Virus record (IMG/VR): IMGVR_UViG_3300042975_000098
From: a virus
Reading direction: 5' to 3' (one strand)
DNA: 64,000 bases
Numbering within the stretch: position 1 is the first letter of the stretch; the number at the start of each line of letters is the position of its first letter. This document shows, one piece after another, positions 9,901 to 19,045 of the stretch. A model generated the notes under the pieces. That model did not search any database. It was given only the letters and a program-made list of their open reading frames with translations, and was not told the DNA's origin. The position numbers and the translations under genes were made by a program.

Positions 9901-11527
9901 CAAGGTCGACGAGAAGGCCGGATCGTTCCACGATTACGGGAAGAAGGCGCAGGATTACGCGGAGAACAACCCGTACCTCGCCATGGTCCGGGATGATTCA
10001 CGTTCGATGGCCGTGGGCACGGTCGGCGCGATACTGGGCAACGCCGCAGCCGGCCGTATCTTCGACCCGGCTTCGTCATCGCATGTCGCCGATGCTTATA
10101 AGCTTAACCTGGCGACCAGGGTTCGCACCACGAGGAACCAGGCCGCCTCGGATTACCAGAGCGCGGTCGACAAGGCCGATCATGATTATCGCCAGCATAA
10201 GACCACGGCCGCGGAGCACGACGCCGCCATCGCGGCCGCGAGGGCGGCGCGCCGCAGTGCCATGAGGTCCGTGGCGCCGCAGGCCGCGGAGCTTCACGCG
10301 CTGAACAACGGATCGCTGTCGGCGAAGGTCAAACTGGCCGATGACATCAGGAAGGCGAAGACCGTAAGCCCCGCCGAACTCGCGAGAATGTCAGCCGCAG
10401 AGCGGGCGCGCATCACCAAGCTGCGTGGGCTTGCTGGTGGTCTCGACCAGGGGGGCAGTCTCGCGAAGTCCGTGGCGCATAGCACGAATGTGCTGTCCAA
10501 CCGCGCCAACTACATGCGGCATCGCAAGGGTCTCGGCATAGGTTCGCTCGACGTGATGAACGACGTCCGCAAGGAGGCCGACCAGCAGAAGCGTGATGCC
10601 GCCGAACGCCTTCGCGACTCCGGTGGCGAGGCGATGCCGGACCCGACCGTCATCGGGTCGCCGTCGAGGAGCATATCCGAGGACCTTGCGAACGGCGGGG
10701 CGTCCAAGGATGACATCACGACGATACTTCAGTCACGCTCCGGCGACTTCCGGTTCGTGGAGAGGGCGCTCGACCCGGATGCCTCCGCGGCCGATCGCGC
10801 GCGCGGCCGTCGGGAGCTGACGGAGATCGTCGACGGGGCCGCGCTCCCCGACGCCGATAAGGAGAAGCTCAAGGACAACATCGCGCTGTCGGCCATGAAG
10901 GACGATAACGAGATCGCGCGCCGAAGCGCCATGAAGGATGCGCTCGGCTCCGATTTCGTGAAGCGCACGTTGCGTCACCGTGAGGCCACGAAGGAGGCGA
11001 ACACGCGGGCGGTCAAGAACTCCCGGAACAGCAAGATCAGATCGATCCAGTCATCATCGCTGTCCGATTCCGCCAAACAGGCGGCGTTCGCCATGGCGGA
11101 GAGCACGTTCAAGACGAAGATGACCGAGCTGAACATGAACGATTCCGATTGGCTGTCGGCGAACTACTCGAGTCTGGAGTCGAAGCGCTCGGCGAAGATA
11201 GCCTCGGACCTGGCATCCGGCAAGGTCAAGCCCTCCACGGCTTCGGAGATGCGTGACCGTCTCGCCAAGGGAGGAGCCGAGGTCCGACGTCGTGGAACGA
11301 TAATCAAGAACATCGACGACTACGCCGCCGGCCGGCTTCCCGCCGCGGCCGCAAAGAGGATCAAGGCGAGGATACGCGCCCAGCGGGCGGCGGACACGGA
11401 CACGCTGGGGGTGACCCGCTCGGCGACGGACGCGAAGAACAAGGCGACCCGGGCGACCCGGTCCGCCCGGCGCGCCGCGCATGACGTTCACGAGAACGTT
11501 TCATCGCATCTGGACGGGCTGCTCTGA
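6905..11527 (+). CDS. Large VirB6/TrbL-like conjugation membrane protein, paralog 2
   Basis: Signal/TM, large extracellular region, CDVWKAFVLNPWAFGQFG, NWGIYQL, TM bundle and long charged cytoplasmic tail. Confidence 0.7.
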   Translation: MLVNVAYAGRRPVIGSYRPRTIVRRVVASIMIVVFLLTGVIVSASAALADDDCSPGDSNPVYKQFKKAACQGIHSPDGSDPLDKVMRNDPSKNDESLGVVSLIYNRMLNPAYYINSGVNAGDADSWKGHCAALDSPPTLSNNNCDVPGILTEAIQDVANVIEPSGITSGQKDVAKTPLGLGIATSLLPTDDVPAKAEDRTYKYTGLEDFGYNLQWVRYAGEWDYVKVYTEDRLKTSMGLGDAISLPFKSLWSGMKSGVGVYSDLVSKLSSGDYSGLAGSLLHANPFGSAAAAGDAMSYTFLSTVLNGYEQTVVKDGSWYRPEFANSTVYGSRSLTDIEIAALSRVNVVDLWNQNIAGVLGKYGIDVDGLKRQSAAPAAPVKDVKKDKDGNIVKDKDGKDVTEYEPWSKWKSENQKQIDWGKANLNVDAGKYDDSAGDALDKYNALKTEWSKAADSWVEAQSKAQEDQNMPSILSDMGTLIGGATSTLQQSASNPSSALYCADDENQPVGSASNAIVKSAVSKGLRDPGKEAFDADGNWACGGSPRPTIVGGLLGSAGDEQQKASKDTRRTAWGGFNIMDTLLWNKFDWLSQKILGASQWLAMLTNQLIAMSYQPILTQLGLKALTIKLVTAFKDTIYMNLLVLFIAIAALMILLRFTKGEWTASFGQIGGLGMTIGLGIIVLLSPSAIFTLVDDAPSMLERAGMATILQPSANDAVCSATGTAKGTISVGDYVDLFGKDTGFNPDSTVRTMQCDVWKAFVLNPWAFGQFGTNIDNLYADGHAGEGDSGASDMKTSTDVRKIVGDAAVNMGDGKIVNNWGIYQLSHELSGSSTTVDATATNGVIDKDLYRLVDLQAGPDNAAGRTTKYFEAWKGSTASRMLVAIVALASNVMALIGLGGLALRKIEYTVLMCLFLMILPFMLLIGLLPGNSRMKLKSYGWEILGLVLKRVFSVIILTVGIMVVLGGQTGDSDFFTQSLATMALAGVVMIYGPKLLGLMSSKVDEKAGSFHDYGKKAQDYAENNPYLAMVRDDSRSMAVGTVGAILGNAAAGRIFDPASSSHVADAYKLNLATRVRTTRNQAASDYQSAVDKADHDYRQHKTTAAEHDAAIAAARAARRSAMRSVAPQAAELHALNNGSLSAKVKLADDIRKAKTVSPAELARMSAAERARITKLRGLAGGLDQGGSLAKSVAHSTNVLSNRANYMRHRKGLGIGSLDVMNDVRKEADQQKRDAAERLRDSGGEAMPDPTVIGSPSRSISEDLANGGASKDDITTILQSRSGDFRFVERALDPDASAADRARGRRELTEIVDGAALPDADKEKLKDNIALSAMKDDNEIARRSAMKDALGSDFVKRTLRHREATKEANTRAVKNSRNSKIRSIQSSSLSDSAKQAAFAMAESTFKTKMTELNMNDSDWLSANYSSLESKRSAKIASDLASGKVKPSTASEMRDRLAKGGAEVRRRGTIIKNIDDYAAGRLPAAAAKRIKARIRAQRAADTDTLGVTRSATDAKNKATRATRSARRAAHDVHENVSSHLDGLL

Positions 11528-11544
11528 TGCGATATTCACCGGGC

Positions 11545-14022
11545 ATGGGTATCGCATCGTATGGCCGCGCCGCGGGGCGCTCATACCGTCGCGTGCCCGT
11601 ATGGGCTCGCTCGCTCGTCGTGCTCCTGCTCATGGCGGTGCTTGCCCCGCTGGCGGTGGCGCTGGCCGCTTCGGCGAACGACGCCCGCGCCGGCAGCATC
11701 GTCCAGTACGTGCTGTGCTCATGGGAGGACCCCAACGACAAGAAGGCCATTCCCGTGGTCAAGACGGTGTACGAGATCACGCAGACGGAGGACCTCCAGT
11801 ACCAGTTGTTCTCGAAGTCGGCGATCGGCGCGTCCGCGGCCGACCCCGGGTACGACATCCCGTCGATGCTGGCCATGTCCGATTACGCGAAGAACAACCT
11901 CGACATCGTGAACTCCGGCAACAAGACCGCCAGGAAGTACACGCCGTACGATCTGTACGGTTATGCCGGGATGAACTTCACGAACTACCAGGGCGAGTGG
12001 AACTGGCTGAAGGTGTATTACTGCACGTCCGATAACAAGGGAACCGGAGAGGATAAGGCCCCGGAGGATCTCAAGCTTAACCTCTACTATCAGAACCGCA
12101 AGCGACCCTTGGACAACTGGGCCTCGCGAGCGGCGTCGCAGGACCCCCGCGTCCGGCAGCGCACGAACAACCTGTACGCGAGCAACATGTCGCTTGACAT
12201 CGCGAACATCATGTTCTGGGTGACGAAGCTGGTGACCGCGTTCTGCACCTCGCTGATGGCGTTGTCGTTCTCGAACATCGTGGATAAGATGGGACTCATC
12301 GGCGCCATGAAGCCCATCATGACGAACCTGTTCTCCGGGCTGTTCTGGCCGCTGATGTTCATCATGATGGTCATGACAGCGGTCACGCTCATCAGCATGG
12401 GCCTTATCAAACGCCAGTACCGGCAGGCGCTCGGTGCGTTCATCAAGGCGCTGGCCTGCATGGCCGGCGGCATCTTCATCTCCATGTACCCGATGCTCTT
12501 CCTATCGCTGCCGAACGACGTCGGTCTGCTCGGCCAGTACCTCGTCATGAGCGGCCTGAGCAACACCGCGAACGTGTCCGGCGACGACTTCTGCTCCACG
12601 GACACCACGGAGGGCGGGTTCAAGTCCGTGAGCCTTGACGTGGTGCGTAACGGCCGCATCGACGACGAGGCGATAACGAACGCGCTGTCATCGGCGGCTG
12701 ACGCCTCGTCTCGGGCCATGACGTGCTCGTACTGGAAGCTCTTCGCGCTGACCCCGTACTCGCTCGCACAGTACGGTTCCTCGTATGACACGCTGTACGC
12801 GAAGGGGAAGGCGCCGGCCGGCTCCACCGAACTGGGGAACAAGAACACCTACCCGGGTCTCGCCGCGGTGCCGGTCGGCAACGACAAGACGATCAACAAC
12901 TGGCTGATCTACCAGTTGAGCGCCCAGAACGTGGCGCATGTGCCCAGCGCCATATCGGACGCCTCAACCGGCGCGATAACGAAGCCGTCGAAACCGTACT
13001 CGAACGTCGACCAGTACGCACGTCAGAACAAGATGGTGAACAACGTGTACGGCGACTGGTACCGAACCGTGGACGCGCTGTCGAACTACGATGTCGACGG
13101 GTCGAACAACAAGACGAAGGATTCGGCGGCCACGACGAACCAGTGGACCATGTGGATCGGCAATGCGCAGGGCCAGCGCATGATGGTGGCGATGCTGTCG
13201 ATCCTCGTGGCCGTGGTCGGCACCATGGGTCCGATCGTCATGGGCGCCACGGTGGTCGTGGCCGCGTTCGCGTGCGTGCTCATCATGGCGTTCGCGCCGC
13301 TGGCGCTCACGTTCGGCATGTGGGCCGGTCGCGGTCAGGAGATCCTCAAGGGGTGGTGGCAGCTTCTCATCGAGAGCATCGTCAAGCGGGTGGTGCTCGG
13401 TCTCGTGTACATGGTCATGCTGGTGCTCGATCTCATCATCATGCGTGGCATCGGCGGTCTGGGCGATTATCTGAAATCGGCTATCATCGTATCATTGCTG
13501 TCATACGTCATCGTGAAGAACCGGTCGGTCATCGTCAGGCTGTTCACCAGTTCCGTGGGCGGCTCGTTCTCGGCGACGAGGAACCGCATCGGCGCCACCA
13601 TCGGCAAGCACGGTCACGGCGCGGTGAATGGGGTTCGCAACGTCGGGGTCGGCGCGGTCGGCGGCATGCGCAACCATCTTGGCTCGAACGCGTTCAAGTC
13701 GACGGTGAAGGGAGCCGGCATCGGAGCGTCACGCACCGTGAAGAACAGCCTGTACACGTCCGACATGGGCCGCAAGATACTGCAGGCCGAGCAGATCACC
13801 AAGAACCAGAACGAGAAGGCGCGCCGCCGCAAGGAGGGGCTGTCCGATGACGATGACAACACGGATAACGGCACCTATGAGTACTTCCAGTGCGAGTCCT
13901 GCGCGAACATGGTGACCGCGGCGGACTATACGGACGTCTACGGTCACATCGTCTGCAACGACTGTTATGATTCCGGTGCTTGGCGAAGCGTACCGGGAGC
14001 GGACAGATGGGGTAGGCCGTAG
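11545..14022 (+). CDS. VirB6/TrbL-like conjugation membrane protein, paralog 3, with C-terminal CxxC...CxxC
   Basis: CSYWKLFALTPYSLAQYG, NWLIYQL, GRGQEILKGW and C-terminal CESC...CNDC. ATG 11545 is 8 nt after GATATT (alternative start 11527). Confidence 0.7.
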   Translation: MGIASYGRAAGRSYRRVPVWARSLVVLLLMAVLAPLAVALAASANDARAGSIVQYVLCSWEDPNDKKAIPVVKTVYEITQTEDLQYQLFSKSAIGASAADPGYDIPSMLAMSDYAKNNLDIVNSGNKTARKYTPYDLYGYAGMNFTNYQGEWNWLKVYYCTSDNKGTGEDKAPEDLKLNLYYQNRKRPLDNWASRAASQDPRVRQRTNNLYASNMSLDIANIMFWVTKLVTAFCTSLMALSFSNIVDKMGLIGAMKPIMTNLFSGLFWPLMFIMMVMTAVTLISMGLIKRQYRQALGAFIKALACMAGGIFISMYPMLFLSLPNDVGLLGQYLVMSGLSNTANVSGDDFCSTDTTEGGFKSVSLDVVRNGRIDDEAITNALSSAADASSRAMTCSYWKLFALTPYSLAQYGSSYDTLYAKGKAPAGSTELGNKNTYPGLAAVPVGNDKTINNWLIYQLSAQNVAHVPSAISDASTGAITKPSKPYSNVDQYARQNKMVNNVYGDWYRTVDALSNYDVDGSNNKTKDSAATTNQWTMWIGNAQGQRMMVAMLSILVAVVGTMGPIVMGATVVVAAFACVLIMAFAPLALTFGMWAGRGQEILKGWWQLLIESIVKRVVLGLVYMVMLVLDLIIMRGIGGLGDYLKSAIIVSLLSYVIVKNRSVIVRLFTSSVGGSFSATRNRIGATIGKHGHGAVNGVRNVGVGAVGGMRNHLGSNAFKSTVKGAGIGASRTVKNSLYTSDMGRKILQAEQITKNQNEKARRRKEGLSDDDDNTDNGTYEYFQCESCANMVTAADYTDVYGHIVCNDCYDSGAWRSVPGADRWGRP

Positions 14023-14115
14023 CATGACCGGTCGCGTTACGGCGTTGCCCGGCTGTCGATCCGCTCGCGGGGCGTGATCGGTCATCATCGATTCCATACG
14101 CGATATTCGTGTTCC

Positions 14116-15318
14116 ATGGCAATCCAGTTCAAGTCGCTCATCGATAACCTGCTGTCGCCTATTCGCGGTCTCATCGGCGCGGGCGGCGGCAAGTCGAAGG
14201 CGAAGCCCGCCGGCTCCGGCCGCCCTCCCATGAGCGATTACATCGACGATAGCGTCATCGAGGATGACGAGGATCGCGCGTTGAAATCAGAACTGGGCTC
14301 GAAGAGGCCCGAGACGTTGGACCTCATGGATATACCCGATCACCGGGACCCTCCCGATGACGTGCTCAGCCCCGGTGACATGTCCGCCATAAGGTTCACC
14401 ACCACCAGGCCGGAGGGGTATTCGAAGAAGCAGGTCGCCGCTTACTTCCGCGTCGTCAAGAAGAGCATCAGGTGGTGGTATGACACCATGGCCACCAGGG
14501 ATGGCGAGATAGCGGCGCTCGGTACGCAGCTTGACAAGATGTCGACCGACCTTCACAATATGAAGCTTAACGCGGAGATGGCCGAGGGGCTGTCCGTGGT
14601 GACAGGCGATGACTCATCGACGGAGCAGGAGCTCATGCAGGCCCAGATCACGATAGGCAATCTCAACGATCAGATCGCGAAGCTGAAACGACGCGCCGGG
14701 TCCGGTGAGCCCGGACCGGGGGACTCGCGGTTCGATTCCATACAGAACGAACTGGCCATGTCGCAGTTGGAGAACAAGAAGCTCCGCAAGTCGTTGGAGT
14801 CGATGCGCGCGTCGCTGGCCGCCGCCAACGAGGAGGCGCTTGGCGTGGATGGCGTGCCCGTCGGACATGTGGTCGATCTGCCGGCGCCTGACGTGTCGAC
14901 GCCGCTGCGCGCTCCCGTCACCGATTCGGTTCCGCCGCCGGATGATGACGAGGGCGCCGTCCCGATCCCGCGGGTGACCGCCATGGAGCCCGGCGCGCTC
15001 GGTCATGACGATGCGCTGACGCCGCCGTCGTTCGATGACGACACGCCATCCACGGTAGACGCCACGTCGACCGCGCCCGACGTGGCGCTGCCCTTGCCGG
15101 CGCTGCCGGATGATGACGATGACGGCGGTGCGCTGCCGTCGCCTCCTGTCGATGGCGGTCTTGGCCTGCCGGAGCCATCGCTCCCCGTTGCTGGAGCCGG
15201 TGATGTTCCGCCGTCGGATGATGACGTGGATCTCATCCAGCCGTTGCCGGATGGCATCGGTGATGATGACATGGAGGACCTTGACTTCGGCGACGGGGAT
15301 GATTTCACCTTGGAGTAG
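14116..15318 (+). CDS. DivIVA-domain coiled-coil protein with acidic Pro-rich tail
   Basis: LSPGDMSAIRFTTTRPEGYSKKQVAAYF resembles the DivIVA N-terminal motif (LTPxDI...F...GY...V..F), followed by coiled coils. Confidence 0.7.
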   Translation: MAIQFKSLIDNLLSPIRGLIGAGGGKSKAKPAGSGRPPMSDYIDDSVIEDDEDRALKSELGSKRPETLDLMDIPDHRDPPDDVLSPGDMSAIRFTTTRPEGYSKKQVAAYFRVVKKSIRWWYDTMATRDGEIAALGTQLDKMSTDLHNMKLNAEMAEGLSVVTGDDSSTEQELMQAQITIGNLNDQIAKLKRRAGSGEPGPGDSRFDSIQNELAMSQLENKKLRKSLESMRASLAAANEEALGVDGVPVGHVVDLPAPDVSTPLRAPVTDSVPPPDDDEGAVPIPRVTAMEPGALGHDDALTPPSFDDDTPSTVDATSTAPDVALPLPALPDDDDDGGALPSPPVDGGLGLPEPSLPVAGAGDVPPSDDDVDLIQPLPDGIGDDDMEDLDFGDGDDFTLE

Positions 15319-15325
15319 GCTCCTG

Positions 15326-15448
15326 CGTCGATTACGCTCATACGATAAGCAAACGCTTGCCGTGTGAGCGTATTTTTCATGCGGCGTCGGAAAAACGGCG
15401 TTTTCGATGAGGGTATCACAAAACGTCGAAAACGCCGCATACGTGGCT
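15326..15448. repeat. Palindromic intergenic repeat, copy A (hairpin plus T5, then a second inverted repeat)
   Basis: TACGCTCA...TGAGCGTA TTTTT and GGCGTTTTCGA...TCGAAAACGCC. Homologous to 46044-46166. Confidence 0.85.
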
Positions 15449-15482
15449 TACAGCACGTTTACGACCCGGTGGCCGTGCGACC

Positions 15483-15490
15483 GGTATAAT
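15483..15490 (+). promoter_or_regulatory. GGTATAAT -10 promoter, class 1 (representative; TATAAT also starts at 17789, 30971, 32378, 34370, 35058, 41460, 48881, 50048, 54477)
   Basis: Perfect sigma70/SigA -10 hexamer preceded by GG at 10 gene boundaries in a high-GC background. Six copies have a start codon 6-7 nt downstream. Confidence 0.85.
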
Positions 15491-15496
15491 GCTCGC

Positions 15497-17776
15497 GTGA
15501 GAAGGATACTACGCCCGTTGGGCCTGCTGTTAGCGTACGTACTCGGAATGTCAGCCGCGATCGCGGTGCTGGTCGCCGTGATCGGCTCGGCCGCGCTCGG
15601 CGGTCTCGCCCCGGCCGTGAAGTACTGGAACGAGTCCCCATCGAAGCTGGCAGACGTTCATGTCGGCCAGCGCTCCGTCATGTATGATAAGAACGGAACG
15701 CAGTTCGCGGAGATATGGAGCGAGAACCGGGAGACCGTGGACTCGCTCGACAAGGTGTCCAAGTACGTCAGCTCCGGTGTCGTATCCGCGGAGGACAAGA
15801 ACTTCTATCATCACGGGGCGTTCGATCTGGTCGCCACGATTCGCAGCGCTGTCACCGGATCGGGCGGCGGTTCGGGCATCACCCAGCAGCTTATGAAGAA
15901 CCTCGCCTATTACGGCTCCGATGACAGCGGCAAGACGAAGGTCACGGAGACCACCATAGCCCGCAAGGTGCGGGAGCTGAAACTCGCCATGTACTACGAG
16001 CGGGACCACTCGAAGCAGGACATCCTGCTCAAGTACCTGAACACAGTGGCCATGGGTTCGCCGAACGTGTACGGCGTCCAGACGGCCGCGCAGACCATAT
16101 TCGGCAAGTCGGCCGCCGACCTCACGCTGAAGGAGTCGGCGGCGCTCGCGGGCAGCGTGAACAACCCGAGCCTGTACAATCTCATGAACCTCGCGGACAA
16201 GTCGACGAGCGCCCGCGTGGCCGCCCGCACCGATTACGTGCTTGGACGGATGCTCGCCGATGGCGTCATCACGCGGGCCGAGTACCGTGACGCCAAGGCG
16301 GCGCCGCTCACCACCGACATCCATGTGGCCAGCGGCGGGTGCGGGGCGTCGAAGTACCCGTTCTACTGTCAGTACGTCGTCAGCTACATGCTGGGATACA
16401 AGCTTCTCGGCAGCACCGCCAAGGATCGGGCGGCCGCATTCGGCGTCGGCGGCTTCGCCATACACACCGCCCTCGACCCGGTGAAGATCGAGAAGCTGGA
16501 GAAGCATCTCAAGGATGACTACGGCGTTCACAACCGCGCCGTCCAGGCCACGGCCGTGGTCGAACCGGGAACGGGCGGCGTGCTGGCCATCGGAGCCAAC
16601 CGCGACTGGGGCGTCGACGCGAATGCCGGGCAGACGCAGATCGTGCTCGCGGACACGCCCACGCAGGTCGGTTCGACGTACAAGATGATCACGCTCGCCG
16701 CCGCCCTGAACGCCGGTTGGACCGAGCAGCAGCTTATGAGCGACGTCAGCGCCGCGTGTCCATGGGCCAAGCCGGGCTTCGACTACCCGGCCGGCGGCAT
16801 GCAGGTGTCCACGTCATGCGCGCTCCAGGGAGGCAGGCTGAGTTACCTGCAGGCGACCGCCTACTCGTCCAACGTGTGGTTCGCCGAACTGGAATCGCGC
16901 ATCGGCGTGCTCACCGTGAAGAAGTTCAGCGGCGAGGTCGGGCTGAACACCCCGGACGCCATCAACGCCCGCTCCGCGTCGTTTACGCTCGGAGTCGTGG
17001 GTGATTCGCCCATCCAGATGGCGGCGGCGTACGCCACGTTCGCCAACAAGGGCGTGTACTGCCCGGCGACGCCGATAACGTCGCTGTCGCGTCTGGACGG
17101 CTCCTCGATAACGCCGCCGGACGATTATGACGATTCGGCCTACTCGTGCCGGTCGGTGATGAGTCCGAGGTCGGCGAGCATCGTGCTGAAGGCGCAGAAC
17201 GCTAACGTGAACGGTCCGATGCCCGGCCGTTTCGGCATCGACGGCATGATATCCGGTCGGTCGACGGTCGGCAAGTCCGGCACCGGCGACAACTACGCGA
17301 ACCTCTCGTGGGCGCAGACCACGCAGCAGATGGTGGTGTTCTCGGATGCTTACGACCCCCGCGGCAACTTCCGGTACCCGCTCGACTACGTGGTGTGGCG
17401 CGGGTACGGCGTCGGGCCGTTATCCGAGTTCGTGGTGAAGACCACGCGCGACTACATCGTGGACGCGCTCGACGGCGTTCCCAACGTGGCGCTCGACATG
17501 GATAACCAGCAGACGTCGTTCCTGAAGACGCGCAGCAGGAACCCGGATCTCATCTCCGTCCCCGATCTCACCGGCATGTCCCCGTCCGCGGCGCTGGCAA
17601 CGCTTTCGGCTCGCGGGCTGGACGGAGCCGTGCTGGCGCATGGTCGGCGCGTGGACGCGCGGGCCGCCGACGCCGGCTGGGGCGATTCCGTGGTGGTGGG
17701 CCAGTCCGTGGCGCCGGGAACCTCCATCATGAGTGGTTCGAAGCGCGTCATCGAGTTGTCGCTGGCGTCACGCTGA
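15497..17776 (+). CDS. Class A penicillin-binding protein (transglycosylase, transpeptidase and PASTA; PonA-like)
   Basis: GT51 motifs EDKNFYHHG, GGSGITQQLMKN, RKVRE and KQDILLKYLN. TP motifs STYK, SSN and KSG. C-terminal PASTA VPDLTGMS. Confidence 0.92.
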   Translation: MRRILRPLGLLLAYVLGMSAAIAVLVAVIGSAALGGLAPAVKYWNESPSKLADVHVGQRSVMYDKNGTQFAEIWSENRETVDSLDKVSKYVSSGVVSAEDKNFYHHGAFDLVATIRSAVTGSGGGSGITQQLMKNLAYYGSDDSGKTKVTETTIARKVRELKLAMYYERDHSKQDILLKYLNTVAMGSPNVYGVQTAAQTIFGKSAADLTLKESAALAGSVNNPSLYNLMNLADKSTSARVAARTDYVLGRMLADGVITRAEYRDAKAAPLTTDIHVASGGCGASKYPFYCQYVVSYMLGYKLLGSTAKDRAAAFGVGGFAIHTALDPVKIEKLEKHLKDDYGVHNRAVQATAVVEPGTGGVLAIGANRDWGVDANAGQTQIVLADTPTQVGSTYKMITLAAALNAGWTEQQLMSDVSAACPWAKPGFDYPAGGMQVSTSCALQGGRLSYLQATAYSSNVWFAELESRIGVLTVKKFSGEVGLNTPDAINARSASFTLGVVGDSPIQMAAAYATFANKGVYCPATPITSLSRLDGSSITPPDDYDDSAYSCRSVMSPRSASIVLKAQNANVNGPMPGRFGIDGMISGRSTVGKSGTGDNYANLSWAQTTQQMVVFSDAYDPRGNFRYPLDYVVWRGYGVGPLSEFVVKTTRDYIVDALDGVPNVALDMDNQQTSFLKTRSRNPDLISVPDLTGMSPSAALATLSARGLDGAVLAHGRRVDARAADAGWGDSVVVGQSVAPGTSIMSGSKRVIELSLASR

Positions 17777-17844
17777 CGCTCCGCCCGGTATAATGAACAC
17801 AAAGCAAGCAAGCCGTGATCGACGGCGTTGAAAGGATTACTGAT

Positions 17845-18975
17845 ATGAGACTGACATTTGATCATGACAGGTTCGTGGCCGCCGTCAAGTGGGCGCTGCT
17901 GGTCGTTGACAGGAAGAAGCCCGGTTCGAGCGTGAGCATACAGCCGTCGGAGGACGGCCGCGTTGTGGTGTTCGGCGCCGATGATGGTCGTGCGAACACC
18001 GCGGTCGTCGATGCCGTCGTCGACGATCCCGCCGATCTTCGTCGGATCGACCTCTCCGCCGTGTTCCTGAAGAAGTCCATCGACCGTTTCATGGATGACT
18101 CGCTGGTGCTGGAGAGCAAGACCGCGGACACGAAGATCATGTCGGGCATCACCGTCAGCGTGCCGATGATGACCGGTGCATGGAACAAGCCCATCGACCT
18201 CAAGTCGTACAGGAAGATCGGCACGCTTGACCCGCGCGACCTCTCCGCCGCGGTGAAGAAGCTGCTCACCCTCACCGATTCCACCACGCAGGACAAGCGT
18301 TTCTCCACCATCGACTTCACGTTCGCCAAGGGTTCGCTGGGACTCATGGCGACCGACCGTTTCTCCCTGTCCGTCCGAACGCTGGCGTACGACTACGATG
18401 ATGACTGCGATGACGCGCGCATGCTCATACCCGGCTCCGGGCTGTCCGCGCTGACGGCCGCCCGCGACGCGCAGACGGTCACCGTGTACCATGATGACAG
18501 TTCAAGCGTCTTCGTGTTCGACAGCGGCGAGACCGCGCGCATCGACCTGCTCCAGGAGGAGCCGCAGGAGTACGCGCCGCTCGTGTACTCGACGCCGCGC
18601 GAGCATGAGCATTCGTTCACCGTGGACGAGTCCGAGCTTCTCAACCTCGTGAACACCGCCGACGCGCTGTCGGAGTCGACGCCCGACGTCATCATCCAGG
18701 CGGGACCTGACGGCGGCGAACTTTGGAACAAGGACGAGACGCTTCACGCGCCGCTGGCCCTCGCCGACGTCGATTTCGACAAGCCCATGCGATTCCGCTT
18801 CCAGACGGTCATCATCAGCGAGACGCTGGCGTGCTCCGATGGCGGTCGCATCAAGGTGCGGTTCGTGGACGCCGTTCAGCCCATCGTGTTCTCGCAGGTG
18901 AAGGAGGATGGCTCGGTCGACGATTCGGTCTACATCCTCAGCGTGCCCGTGGACGATTCGGCGGCCGTCGAGTAG
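17845..18975 (+). CDS. dnaN: DNA polymerase III beta sliding clamp (divergent)
   Basis: ~376 aa with LMATDRFSLSVR (ATDxxRL motif) and C-terminal YILSVPV. Start placed at ATG 17845 after AAAGGA. Confidence 0.8.
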   Translation: MRLTFDHDRFVAAVKWALLVVDRKKPGSSVSIQPSEDGRVVVFGADDGRANTAVVDAVVDDPADLRRIDLSAVFLKKSIDRFMDDSLVLESKTADTKIMSGITVSVPMMTGAWNKPIDLKSYRKIGTLDPRDLSAAVKKLLTLTDSTTQDKRFSTIDFTFAKGSLGLMATDRFSLSVRTLAYDYDDDCDDARMLIPGSGLSALTAARDAQTVTVYHDDSSSVFVFDSGETARIDLLQEEPQEYAPLVYSTPREHEHSFTVDESELLNLVNTADALSESTPDVIIQAGPDGGELWNKDETLHAPLALADVDFDKPMRFRFQTVIISETLACSDGGRIKVRFVDAVQPIVFSQVKEDGSVDDSVYILSVPVDDSAAVE

Positions 18976-19045
18976 TCGGGTCGCGCGAAGGCATTTGGAA
19001 TGATCGGCGGCGCCTCGTCGGCGTCGCCGTCTTGCGCATGGAGGA

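Noticed and set aside
14024-14085. Imperfect hairpin ATGACCGGTCGCG...CGTGATCGGTCAT after paralog 3
   Set aside because: Probably an ordinary terminator-like stem, with no further structure or repeat copy seen.
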